Positions 36,881-44,769 of a stretch of 51,835 nucleotides of DNA are shown here, in pieces. How positions within the stretch are numbered: the first letter of the stretch is position 1; the number at the start of each line of letters is the position of its first letter. The notes under the pieces were generated by a model. It was given only the letters and a program-made list of their open reading frames with translations. It searched no databases and was not told where the DNA came from. Made by a program: the position numbers and the translations under genes. Where the stretch lies: positions 1 through 51,835 of the forward strand of contig JBHGBC010000024.1 of NCBI GenBank assembly GCA_041946805.1, read 5' to 3'. Source of the stretch: a bacterium (GTDB taxonomy: Bacteria; Hinthialibacterota; Hinthialibacteria; Hinthialibacterales; Hinthialibacteraceae).

Positions 36881-38278
36881 ATGCCACAAATTCGTTTTGG
36901 TACTATAGGATTGCTGGTTTTGGGATTTTTGATGATTGGAACCGCGTCGTACGGCCAGATTTTGTTTACGGAGGATTTCGAAGGCCTCACCCTGGGACCG
37001 TTCCAGAATGAAAACCTGGCGGCCATACCCTCGCTCGACAACACCAAGGTGTGGACCAAAACCCCGCCGGAAGGCTGGGTGCTCGATGATTCCTTCATGC
37101 CCGCGGACGGAGTGCGGGATTGGCGCGGATGGTCTTTCGCCAACGCGCAGGCCTGGGCGTACGTGGCCGGGGACCAGCGGCGTTCGGAATTCACCAACGC
37201 CAAGGGCGTGGTGGCCATCGCCGACTCGGATGAGTGGGACGACAAAACGCACGACGCCGGTTCCTGGGAAGCCTACTTGAGCACGCCGGCGATCTCCATC
37301 GCCAACCTGCCGGCCAATTCGCTGACCATGACCTTCGACTCCAGCTGGCGTCCCGAGGGGGGCCAGGAAGTGAACATCATGGCGTCGTTCGACGGCGGGG
37401 AGCCGGTGGAGGTTCTGTATTGGAACTCGATCGAGGGCGACGAGTTCTTTCATCCCGACACATCCACCAACGAATTCGTGACCCTCGCGATCAACAATCC
37501 CGCCGGAGCCCAAAGCATGGTATTGAAGTTCGGATACATGAACGGGAACAATAACTGGTTCTGGGCGATCGACAACATCAAGATCACCAGCGGCAACACC
37601 CTGGTGTTCGAAGAGGATTTCGAAGGGCTGGACCTGGGACCGTTCCTGGATGAAAACCTACCCTCGGATGTGCAAGCCCTCGACGCCAACAAGGTCTGGA
37701 CGAAGACGCCTCCGGAAGGCTGGACGATCGACGATTCGTTCATGCCTGAAGGCGGCGTGCTGGATTGGCGGGGATGGTCCTTCGCCAATGTGCTGGCCTG
37801 GGCGCTGGTGGCCGAGGATCAGCGGCGTTCGGAATTCACCAAGGGGAAAGGGGCGGCGGCCATTGCCGACTCGGACGAGTGGGACGACCTGACACACGCG
37901 GACGGTCCCTGGGTCGGGTATCTGTCCACCCCGGCCATTTCGATCGCCGGCGTCCCGGCCAATTCCCTCAACCTCACCTTCGACTCCAGCTGGCGGCCGG
38001 AAGGGCAGCAAGATGTGAATATCACCGTCTCGTTCGATGGCGGGGAACCCGTGGAGGTGCTGTATTGGAACTCCACCGAAGGCGATCCCAATTTCCACCC
38101 CGATACGAACACCAACGAAACGGTCACCGTCACCATCAACAATCCCGGCGGAGCCAAAAGCATGGTGATCACCTTTGGCTACCTGTATGGAACCAACAAC
38201 TGGTTCTGGGCCATCGACAATATCATCCTGCGGTCGGGAGAAGCCACCGGCGTGACGGATTGGCAGATCCTGGAATAA
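36881..38278 (+). CDS. Secreted protein of two tandem ~210-aa Trp/Asp-rich beta-sandwich repeats, ending TGVTDWQILE
   Basis: Start MPQIRFG after AAAGGA; repeat FxEDFEGLxLGPF...WTKTPPEGW...DWRGWSFA...DQRRSEFT...ADSDEWDD...FDSSWRPEG...NNWFWAIDNI present twice. Confidence 0.85.
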   Translation: MPQIRFGTIGLLVLGFLMIGTASYGQILFTEDFEGLTLGPFQNENLAAIPSLDNTKVWTKTPPEGWVLDDSFMPADGVRDWRGWSFANAQAWAYVAGDQRRSEFTNAKGVVAIADSDEWDDKTHDAGSWEAYLSTPAISIANLPANSLTMTFDSSWRPEGGQEVNIMASFDGGEPVEVLYWNSIEGDEFFHPDTSTNEFVTLAINNPAGAQSMVLKFGYMNGNNNWFWAIDNIKITSGNTLVFEEDFEGLDLGPFLDENLPSDVQALDANKVWTKTPPEGWTIDDSFMPEGGVLDWRGWSFANVLAWALVAEDQRRSEFTKGKGAAAIADSDEWDDLTHADGPWVGYLSTPAISIAGVPANSLNLTFDSSWRPEGQQDVNITVSFDGGEPVEVLYWNSTEGDPNFHPDTNTNETVTVTINNPGGAKSMVITFGYLYGTNNWFWAIDNIILRSGEATGVTDWQILE

Positions 38279-38331
38279 CGCCGAAGCCTGGCCTGCCGGG
38301 AAGGATAAAAATCCCGGGAAAACGTAAATGG

Positions 38332-38360
38332 AAGGGGCGGCCCGGAGCCGCCCCTTTTTT
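38332..38360 (+). terminator. Intrinsic terminator
   Basis: AAGGGGCGGC / GCCGCCCCTT stem plus T-run. Confidence 0.8.
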
Positions 38361-38446
38361 CATGATCACCCCCCCGGATCAGGGGGCCGTTGGATCAATG
38401 TTACGTGAGGAATCCGGACAACGAGACATCCCCCCAACATCCTCCC

Positions 38447-39688
38447 TCACGCCGGCACGATCTTCCGGTTTTCGGCGTCGTACCGCATCCGGCGGTTCTC
38501 CACCAGGGCCTGGCCGGCGAGAATCACCGCCACCGCGTGCTGATAACCCGCGTCGATGTTCGCGTTGGGCTGTTGCCGGGTCCGCAGGCATTGGAGAAAA
38601 TTCTGCATATGGTGCGGCACGGGAACCTCTTCCACCGGCTTCTGTTCAGGGACGCGGTCCGGGGCCTCGCACCCCTCTCCCGTGATATACGGGCTACCCC
38701 ATTCGGTGGCGTCGATGAAACCCTTGGTTCCATAAAACCGCATGATGTTGCCGCTGCCATTGCCGAACATGGTGCTGTAGCTGACCAGGAAGCCTTCCGG
38801 ATACTCAAGCAGCGTGTGGACCGAATCCGGGCAGGTGCGTTGGTCTTTCCAGGCGTAAATCCCTCCCAGGGTGACGGCGCTGCGGGGAAATTGCGCCCCG
38901 GTGATGTAATGCACCAGGTCGATGAAGTGGCTCATGAATCCCCCGATGGGGCCGTCGGAAAAATCCCGGTATCCGTACCAAGCGGAATGCTTATCGGGAT
39001 CGAAGGGCTGCTTGGCGGCCGGGCCCAAAAACAGGTCCCAGTTCGTGTCTGATTCCTTGATTGGGCGGACATATTCATGCCAATAGGGTTTGTAGGAGTT
39101 CCGAACCTGTTCGGCCTTGATGATGGAACCCAAGGCCCCGCCCTGGACGGCCTGGCGGCATCCGGTGAACGAGGCCATGCTGCGCAGTTGCGTGCCCACC
39201 TGGACGACGCGGTGGTGTTTCTTGACCGCGTCCACGGCGGCGATGAGTTCGTCCAGGTTCCGCGCCAGGGGTTTTTCGCAGTAGGCGTCTTTCCCCGCTT
39301 CGGCGGCGGCTTTCAAGATGGTGCAATGCAAGTGGTCGGGCGCGGCGATGAGCACCGCGCCGATGTTGGGCAACGCCAGCACGTCGCGGTAATCCACAAA
39401 CTCCCGCGCGGCCTGCCCGTACCAATCCTGAGTCATTTTCACCGCTTCCGCGCGCTGCTCGTTCCAGACGTCGCACACGGCGGTGATGGTCACGTTTTCG
39501 TCGATATCGAACCGGTGGACATCGGTCATCAGCGCGTTGCGTCCCCGGCTGCCGCATCCGATCACGCCCAGTTCGATCTTGTCGTTGGCCCCCTGGACCG
39601 AGCGGGGGATGATCGTGGCCCAGGGGACCGCGGCGGCCACGGCAGAGGATTCGATGAACTCCCGGCGGGTCAATGATTTCCCGGTCAT
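38447..39688 (-). CDS. Gfo/Idh/MocA family oxidoreductase, Tat-exported
   Basis: TRREFIE leader; GVIGCGSRG, PDHLH, YCEKP, QVGTQLRS. Confidence 0.92.
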   Translation of the reverse strand: MTGKSLTRREFIESSAVAAAVPWATIIPRSVQGANDKIELGVIGCGSRGRNALMTDVHRFDIDENVTITAVCDVWNEQRAEAVKMTQDWYGQAAREFVDYRDVLALPNIGAVLIAAPDHLHCTILKAAAEAGKDAYCEKPLARNLDELIAAVDAVKKHHRVVQVGTQLRSMASFTGCRQAVQGGALGSIIKAEQVRNSYKPYWHEYVRPIKESDTNWDLFLGPAAKQPFDPDKHSAWYGYRDFSDGPIGGFMSHFIDLVHYITGAQFPRSAVTLGGIYAWKDQRTCPDSVHTLLEYPEGFLVSYSTMFGNGSGNIMRFYGTKGFIDATEWGSPYITGEGCEAPDRVPEQKPVEEVPVPHHMQNFLQCLRTRQQPNANIDAGYQHAVAVILAGQALVENRRMRYDAENRKIVPA

Positions 39689-39802
39689 CTGGCTTTCACC
39701 TCAAAGGAAGTGGATAACGCGTTTGGTTCAATCAAACCACAAGGGCGGGGGGATTGTCGATGGCGATTCGGGTTTCCACGCGAATCCGGGAGAATCCATC
39801 GG

Positions 39803-39994
39803 CTATTTTTTCCTGGGAGGAACCCCTAAATCTTTGCATATTATTAGAACTAATAGATCAGCAATTGCATTATGCCGAGGGATCGAGGATCGTTTGTTCC
39901 AATTTGGATTGAACCACCAAGAATGTTGGCTACCCTCACGGAGTAATTCACACCCCTCCGATCTCAAATATTTCAAGAGCGCTTTTCGTTTCAT
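39803..39994 (-). CDS. hicA: HicA family toxin
   Basis: MKRKALLKYLRSEGCELLREGSQHSWW...IPRH...ICKDLGV. Confidence 0.85.
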   Translation of the reverse strand: MKRKALLKYLRSEGCELLREGSQHSWWFNPNWNKRSSIPRHNAIADLLVLIICKDLGVPPRKK

Positions 39995-40203
39995 CCGGCA
40001 ATTTTTTCTACTTGGTAATTGTCACCGGCGGCTTTTCGCGATTCTTGCCGATTGAATTCAAGCCCTTCGCTCAGGATTTCCTGGAGACTGCTCAAGAGTT
40101 CTTCCCGGCTCCGCTCTTGGCCGTTGATGCCCGGAATCTCCTCGATCCAGCCGATCCACCAATCCCCTTCTTGTTTAATCACGGCCGTATATTCGTTTTT
40201 CAT
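39991..40203 (-). CDS. hicB: HicB family antitoxin (short form)
   Basis: YTAVIKQEGDWWIGWIEEIPGINGQERSREEL; ATGA overlap with hicA. Confidence 0.85.
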   Translation of the reverse strand: MKNEYTAVIKQEGDWWIGWIEEIPGINGQERSREELLSSLQEILSEGLEFNRQESRKAAGDNYQVEKIAG

Positions 40204-40347
40204 TCTTTCTCTCCGGTTGCATGAAAATCAAAAACCGACACCGGTTACATGCAAATTATAACCGCAATAAACAAGCAAACCACAATACCGACATGCTAGC
40301 CGGCAAGATAGGGCTGATTGAAACGCAGGGCTGATGTTCTTATTCCA

Positions 40348-40558
40348 GTTTCATCCGGCAAGTGCGTACCTGCTAGTGCAAAAGGCCTTTCATTCACTCG
40401 CTACTCCGGGTGGACACCCAGGTCCGACACTACCAAAATTCCCTCACCCTAACCCTCTCCCAGAGGGAGAGGGGATTAGGGGATTGATTTCCCCGACCAG
40501 CTCGAGGGAAAAGCGGCCCGGCATGGTTGATAAAAAGTACTCACTTACCGGATGAACC
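40348..40558 (+). mobile_element. MITE-like element (~210 bp), complete copy
   Basis: TTCATCCGGCAAGTGCGTAC / GTACTCACTTACCGGATGAA inverted termini; colinear with 16531-16741. Confidence 0.8.
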
Positions 40559-40643
40559 TGATTTATGTTCCCTCGCACTGGACATCCCGCCGATTCGATT
40601 CGATGATTAATCCAGCCCTTTGTGCTAGGAGGAAAACAAGATC

Positions 40644-41561
40644 ATGGCATCGTCCCGTCGGACCTTTTTGCGGCAATCCGCCTTGGCCGCCGCGGCCGTG
40701 CTGGCCGGTTCCCCGCCCCGCGCCGCCCAGGCCATCGCCCCCATCGAGCGCCCCTTCGGTCCCAAGATGAAACTCAGCCTCGCCGCCTACTCGTACCGCA
40801 AATACCTGGCGGAAGAGAAGCCGCCCTCCATGACCATCGTCGGCTTCCTGGAGGAATGCGCCAAGATGGGCCTGGGCGCGGCCGAGCCAACCGCGTATTA
40901 TTTCCCCAATCCCCTCACGCGCGAGTTTTTGATTCAATTCAAGCGCAAGGCCTTTCTGCTGGGACTGGATATTTCCGGCACCGCCATCGGCAACCGTTTT
41001 ACTTATCCGCCGGGACCGGACCGGGACCGGGAGCTGCAGCAATTGCGGCAATGGGTGGATCACGCGGAGATCATGGGCGCGCCCAGCATCCGCATCTTCG
41101 CCGGAGGGATTCCCGAGGGCGCCGACAAAAAGACGGCGATCCAGTATGCCATCGAGACCACCCAGCTGGCCTGCGAGTACGCGGGCTCCAAGGGCGTTTA
41201 CTTGGCTTTGGAGAACCATGGCGGCATCGTGGGCGAGCCGGACGACATGCTGGAAATCATCCAGGGCGTCCAGTCGGATTGGTTCGGGGTGAATTTCGAT
41301 TCCGGCAATTTCAATACCGATGATCCCTACGCCAGTCTGGCCAAGATCGCGCCCTACGCCGTCAACGCCCAGATCAAGATCGAAGTCACCCCCAAGGGCG
41401 GACAGCGGCAGCCCGCCGATTTCGAACGCATCATCGGCATCCTGGGCGAGGCCGGCTACCGGGGCTACGTGGCCTTGGAATACGAGGGTGCAGAAGAACC
41501 CCGCGAAGCCGTGCCCCGGTATATCGCGCAACTGGCCAAGATCCTCGACCACGCGCACTGA
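40644..41561 (+). CDS. Sugar phosphate isomerase/epimerase (xylose-isomerase-like TIM barrel), Tat-exported
   Basis: SRRTFLRQ leader; LSLAAYS, IRIFAG, LALENHGG, NFDSGNF, VALEYEG. Confidence 0.88.
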   Translation: MASSRRTFLRQSALAAAAVLAGSPPRAAQAIAPIERPFGPKMKLSLAAYSYRKYLAEEKPPSMTIVGFLEECAKMGLGAAEPTAYYFPNPLTREFLIQFKRKAFLLGLDISGTAIGNRFTYPPGPDRDRELQQLRQWVDHAEIMGAPSIRIFAGGIPEGADKKTAIQYAIETTQLACEYAGSKGVYLALENHGGIVGEPDDMLEIIQGVQSDWFGVNFDSGNFNTDDPYASLAKIAPYAVNAQIKIEVTPKGGQRQPADFERIIGILGEAGYRGYVALEYEGAEEPREAVPRYIAQLAKILDHAH

Positions 41562-41600
41562 AAAGGATTATTTCAAGGGGAACTGAAGTTTTTTATATGA

Positions 41601-41627
41601 TAGGGGCACATGGTCATGTGCCCCTAC
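41601..41627 (-). repeat. GTAG-type REP hairpin
   Basis: TAGGGGCACATG-GT-CATGTGCCCCTAC. Confidence 0.7.
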
Positions 41628-41647
41628 TTAAAAGGATGGTTCAATTT

Positions 41648-41680
41648 TCAAATCAGAACTATTAGCAAGTCATGCGGCAT
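41648..41680 (-). pseudogene. Possible remnant of HEPN (DUF86) toxin 5' end
   Basis: ATG overlapping the MNT end gives MPHD..., then a stop after 10 codons. Confidence 0.4.
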
Positions 41681-41978
41681 AGAGCAATATCGTTTGCTTA
41701 TGGATTTGGCGAGCCAGGTAGGGATTTCGGACCGCAGCCGTTTCGACCAGGTCCACGGTTTTTTTCGGCAGTTCTTCGAGGCTTTCCAGCAGATTGAAAT
41801 ACCGCTCATAGTGCTCCACCGGCGAACACGGCGAGAATTGCACCAGAAAATCCACGTCCCGGCAACCAGGATCATAGATCTCCGCGGCGGCCGATCCAAA
41901 TATCTCCAGGGATTGCACGCCGTATTGCCGGCAGAGGTGAACGATGGCGTCTCCGTAAAATGCCCGAATCGATTTCAT
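41670..41978 (-). CDS. Minimal nucleotidyltransferase (MNT-type antitoxin)
   Basis: LCRQYGVQSLEIFGSAA...DVDFLVQF...VDLV...NPY...LYAA. Confidence 0.85.
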   Translation of the reverse strand: MKSIRAFYGDAIVHLCRQYGVQSLEIFGSAAAEIYDPGCRDVDFLVQFSPCSPVEHYERYFNLLESLEELPKKTVDLVETAAVRNPYLARQIHKQTILLYAA

Positions 41979-42061
41979 TACCGTTCTCCATCCTGTATCC
42001 TACCCGTCATTGTATCCTGGAATGCCCATAAAATACCCCCGGCCCGTTCCGCGCCTTCGGC

Positions 42062-42619
42062 CTAAAAACTCACCTTGGGCGTCTCCCGCGCCACGGCGTC
42101 CTCGATTTCGAAAAATTCCTTCTTCTGAAAATTGAACAATCCGGCAATGACATTGGAGGGAAACACGTCGATGCGGGTGTTCAGATCGCGGACGTTGCCG
42201 TTATAAAACCGCCGGGAACGCTGGATACGGTCTTCCGTGTTGGACAGTTCGCCCTGCAGTTGCAGAAAATTCTGGTTAGCCTTGAGGTCCGGATAGTTCT
42301 CCGCCAGCGCGAAGAGTTGCCGCAAGCCGCCGATCAGCACGTTCTCATCCCGCGCCTGCGCTTCGGGCGAGCCGTGATTGGCCTGCGCCGCGTTGCGCGC
42401 CTGGATCACCCGCTCGAACACCTCGCGCTCGTGTTTCGCGTATCCCTTGACCGTCTCCACCAGGTTGGGGATCAGGTTGTAGCGCCGCTGCAGTTCCGTG
42501 TCGATATCCGACCACGACTCGTCACACGTGTTTTTCACGCGGGCCAGGCCGTTGTACAACATCACCACCCAAGCGAGTACGATCAAAATAACACCGGTCA
42601 GGATTAACGCGGGAATCAT
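42062..42619 (-). CDS. lemA: LemA family protein
   Basis: N-terminal TM; LQRRYNLIPNLVETVKGYAKHE, ENYPDLKANQNF, RRFYN, FPSN. Confidence 0.95.
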   Translation of the reverse strand: MIPALILTGVILIVLAWVVMLYNGLARVKNTCDESWSDIDTELQRRYNLIPNLVETVKGYAKHEREVFERVIQARNAAQANHGSPEAQARDENVLIGGLRQLFALAENYPDLKANQNFLQLQGELSNTEDRIQRSRRFYNGNVRDLNTRIDVFPSNVIAGLFNFQKKEFFEIEDAVARETPKVSF

Positions 42620-43305
42620 GGCTCCACTCCTTTCATTTCACGCAGCAGATATTCGGGAAACCGGTTCAACATACCTTCGATCACTTCCAGCGCGGCCGAG
42701 AAGCCGGCCGGGTCAAAGGTCGAACTCCGATACGCGATCACGGCGTTTCCGTTGAATTCCAAGGTAAAGCGCGGCGCGTTCAACAGAAATTCCATGGTCT
42801 TTTGATGCAGCACATCGTAGGCCCATTTCTTGTCCGGCGATTTGACATAGAAATTCCGGCTGAACTCGCTCGATTCGAAGTCGATGTCGTCGAAACCCAA
42901 GAACTCCGTCAACTTGTCGAAGTACCCCTCGGGCCGGATGAACAGCGGTTTGAGCGGCCAGCCGGTCTCGATCACCATCGCCGAGAAGTAATGGTGGTGC
43001 GTCTCCCGGTGTCCCTTGGAGTCGGTGGAATAGGTTTCGTAGTGGTAATCGAATCCCAGGGCCGGGAAGGGATTCCGCCGGCCGCGCAAAATATTGTAGG
43101 CGTACCGGTCCGAACCCGAACGCAGGCATGAAAAATCCGCGTACCGCTCGTCCAGGGACCGGTCTTTCCCGGGATCGAAGGTGAATCCGTTTTGCTCAGC
43201 CCACGCCGCCAATTCTTTCTTGCGCTTTTCCGCCTGGAAATACCCCAGCACCATCAAGCCGATGGCCAGCAACGCGAACAGTAAAAAAATCAGATACCCT
43301 TCCAT
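42616..43305 (-). CDS. Membrane-anchored conserved hypothetical protein co-transcribed with lemA
   Basis: Likely start MEGYLIF at 43305; single TM; DIDFESSEFSRNFYV motif; ATGA overlap with lemA. Confidence 0.75.
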   Translation of the reverse strand: MEGYLIFLLFALLAIGLMVLGYFQAEKRKKELAAWAEQNGFTFDPGKDRSLDERYADFSCLRSGSDRYAYNILRGRRNPFPALGFDYHYETYSTDSKGHRETHHHYFSAMVIETGWPLKPLFIRPEGYFDKLTEFLGFDDIDFESSEFSRNFYVKSPDKKWAYDVLHQKTMEFLLNAPRFTLEFNGNAVIAYRSSTFDPAGFSAALEVIEGMLNRFPEYLLREMKGVEP

Positions 43306-43651
43306 GCTCTTCTGGAAACCCGCCGAATCCGGATGGCCTGAATGGATTTTTATACTCCGGGTAGACGAAAAAATATAGATGGCAAGTGTATAGGATACTC
43401 CAAAAAACGACAATTCGTGCCGGCTGATTCATGGAGCTTGGCCGCGCGTTCTCTCCCGGTTTGACCCGATCGCCCTGTACGCCTTTTCAGTTCTTTGTTA
43501 CTTTTCCACAAGATGGGAATCGGCCAGGAGGAAATGGCCATCCCCGGAAGGGCGGATTTGGGAATTTTAAAATAACTTTTCCCGGGTTGGAACTTTTTTG
43601 TCTTTAAAGAGCGTCCAATAACGTGGAGATCTCATCCTGGAGGGTTTTATC

Positions 43652-44491
43652 ATGAAACAACTCGGATCGGCTTTGATTTTTATCCTGGGTTCCGGTTTTC
43701 TCGTTTCTGGAGTTCCCGCGCAGACGATGCTGCTGGAAGACTGCAACGACACGAATCCCGCGGAGGGTTTTTGGATCCTGGAAACGAATGGCTCGATTGT
43801 CCCCAACGAGACGGACGCGGAAACCTGGACTTTTCATTCGGCGGGAGGCGCCTGGGGCGGCTGGAACGATTTCGACAACGACTCGCTCATGAGCCCTGAT
43901 TTCAAGGCGGACGCCTTCACCATTACCTACGCGGTACGCAATGTGCAACGCGGAACGCAGTCGGATTGGGACAACATCGCCGTGCGCGTCCAGGGATTAG
44001 CCCAGGATCTGGTGATTTATCTCGGTTCCTCATCCAATAACGGCGAAATTTTTCCCGAGTTCTCCCTTTACGCGGAAATTCAACACCCCGACAAAGCCAA
44101 CGGCTATATCTGGGACAGCCAGGTGAACCTGAACAACCAACCGGTTCCCTCTCCCTGGTCGGATTATATCGATGAATTCCCGGCAACCGTGGTATTGGAG
44201 ATCGTTTTCCAGGGAGCGAATCAACCGCTCGATGTTTATTACAATTTCGACGGCAAAGGCCGGACACACCTGCTCCAATGGAACGACACCGAACCTTCGC
44301 ATACCTTTGACGGCATACTGGGCCAATCGGCGGACCGGGATACCTATAGTGTGGCGATTCACGCCAACGTAGGAGACACTCCGCCCCTTTCCTTCGATTT
44401 GGATTATTTCAAGATCGCGGGAAACATCGAATCGGAATACGCCGTCCCGGATCCCGCTTACACGCGCGTCTCCGACTGGTCCTTGTTCTAG
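43652..44491 (+). CDS. Secreted acidic beta-rich hypothetical protein ending TRVSDWSLF
   Basis: GGAGG RBS; signal peptide. Confidence 0.8.
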   Translation: MKQLGSALIFILGSGFLVSGVPAQTMLLEDCNDTNPAEGFWILETNGSIVPNETDAETWTFHSAGGAWGGWNDFDNDSLMSPDFKADAFTITYAVRNVQRGTQSDWDNIAVRVQGLAQDLVIYLGSSSNNGEIFPEFSLYAEIQHPDKANGYIWDSQVNLNNQPVPSPWSDYIDEFPATVVLEIVFQGANQPLDVYYNFDGKGRTHLLQWNDTEPSHTFDGILGQSADRDTYSVAIHANVGDTPPLSFDLDYFKIAGNIESEYAVPDPAYTRVSDWSLF

Positions 44492-44769
44492 CGGCCGATC
44501 TTTTGCTGGAGATCACCCCGGTTCCATGCGTCATCCCCACGCAAGCGAGGATCTGGGGCCAATACCGTCGGGGCACACAGCCGCGCGCCCCGGCGAAGGA
44601 TGATGGTTGCTGTTCTGAATCGCATCACCATAATATGGATTTCACCGAATACCTTCCCACTTCTCCTACTTCTCCCACTGTTCCAGGAACCTGGTTTCCC
44701 AAGTGACCGACTAATCCACGTGGTATCGTCATTCGATGGGGCCTGATTCCCCGTGAAAGGATCATCCGT

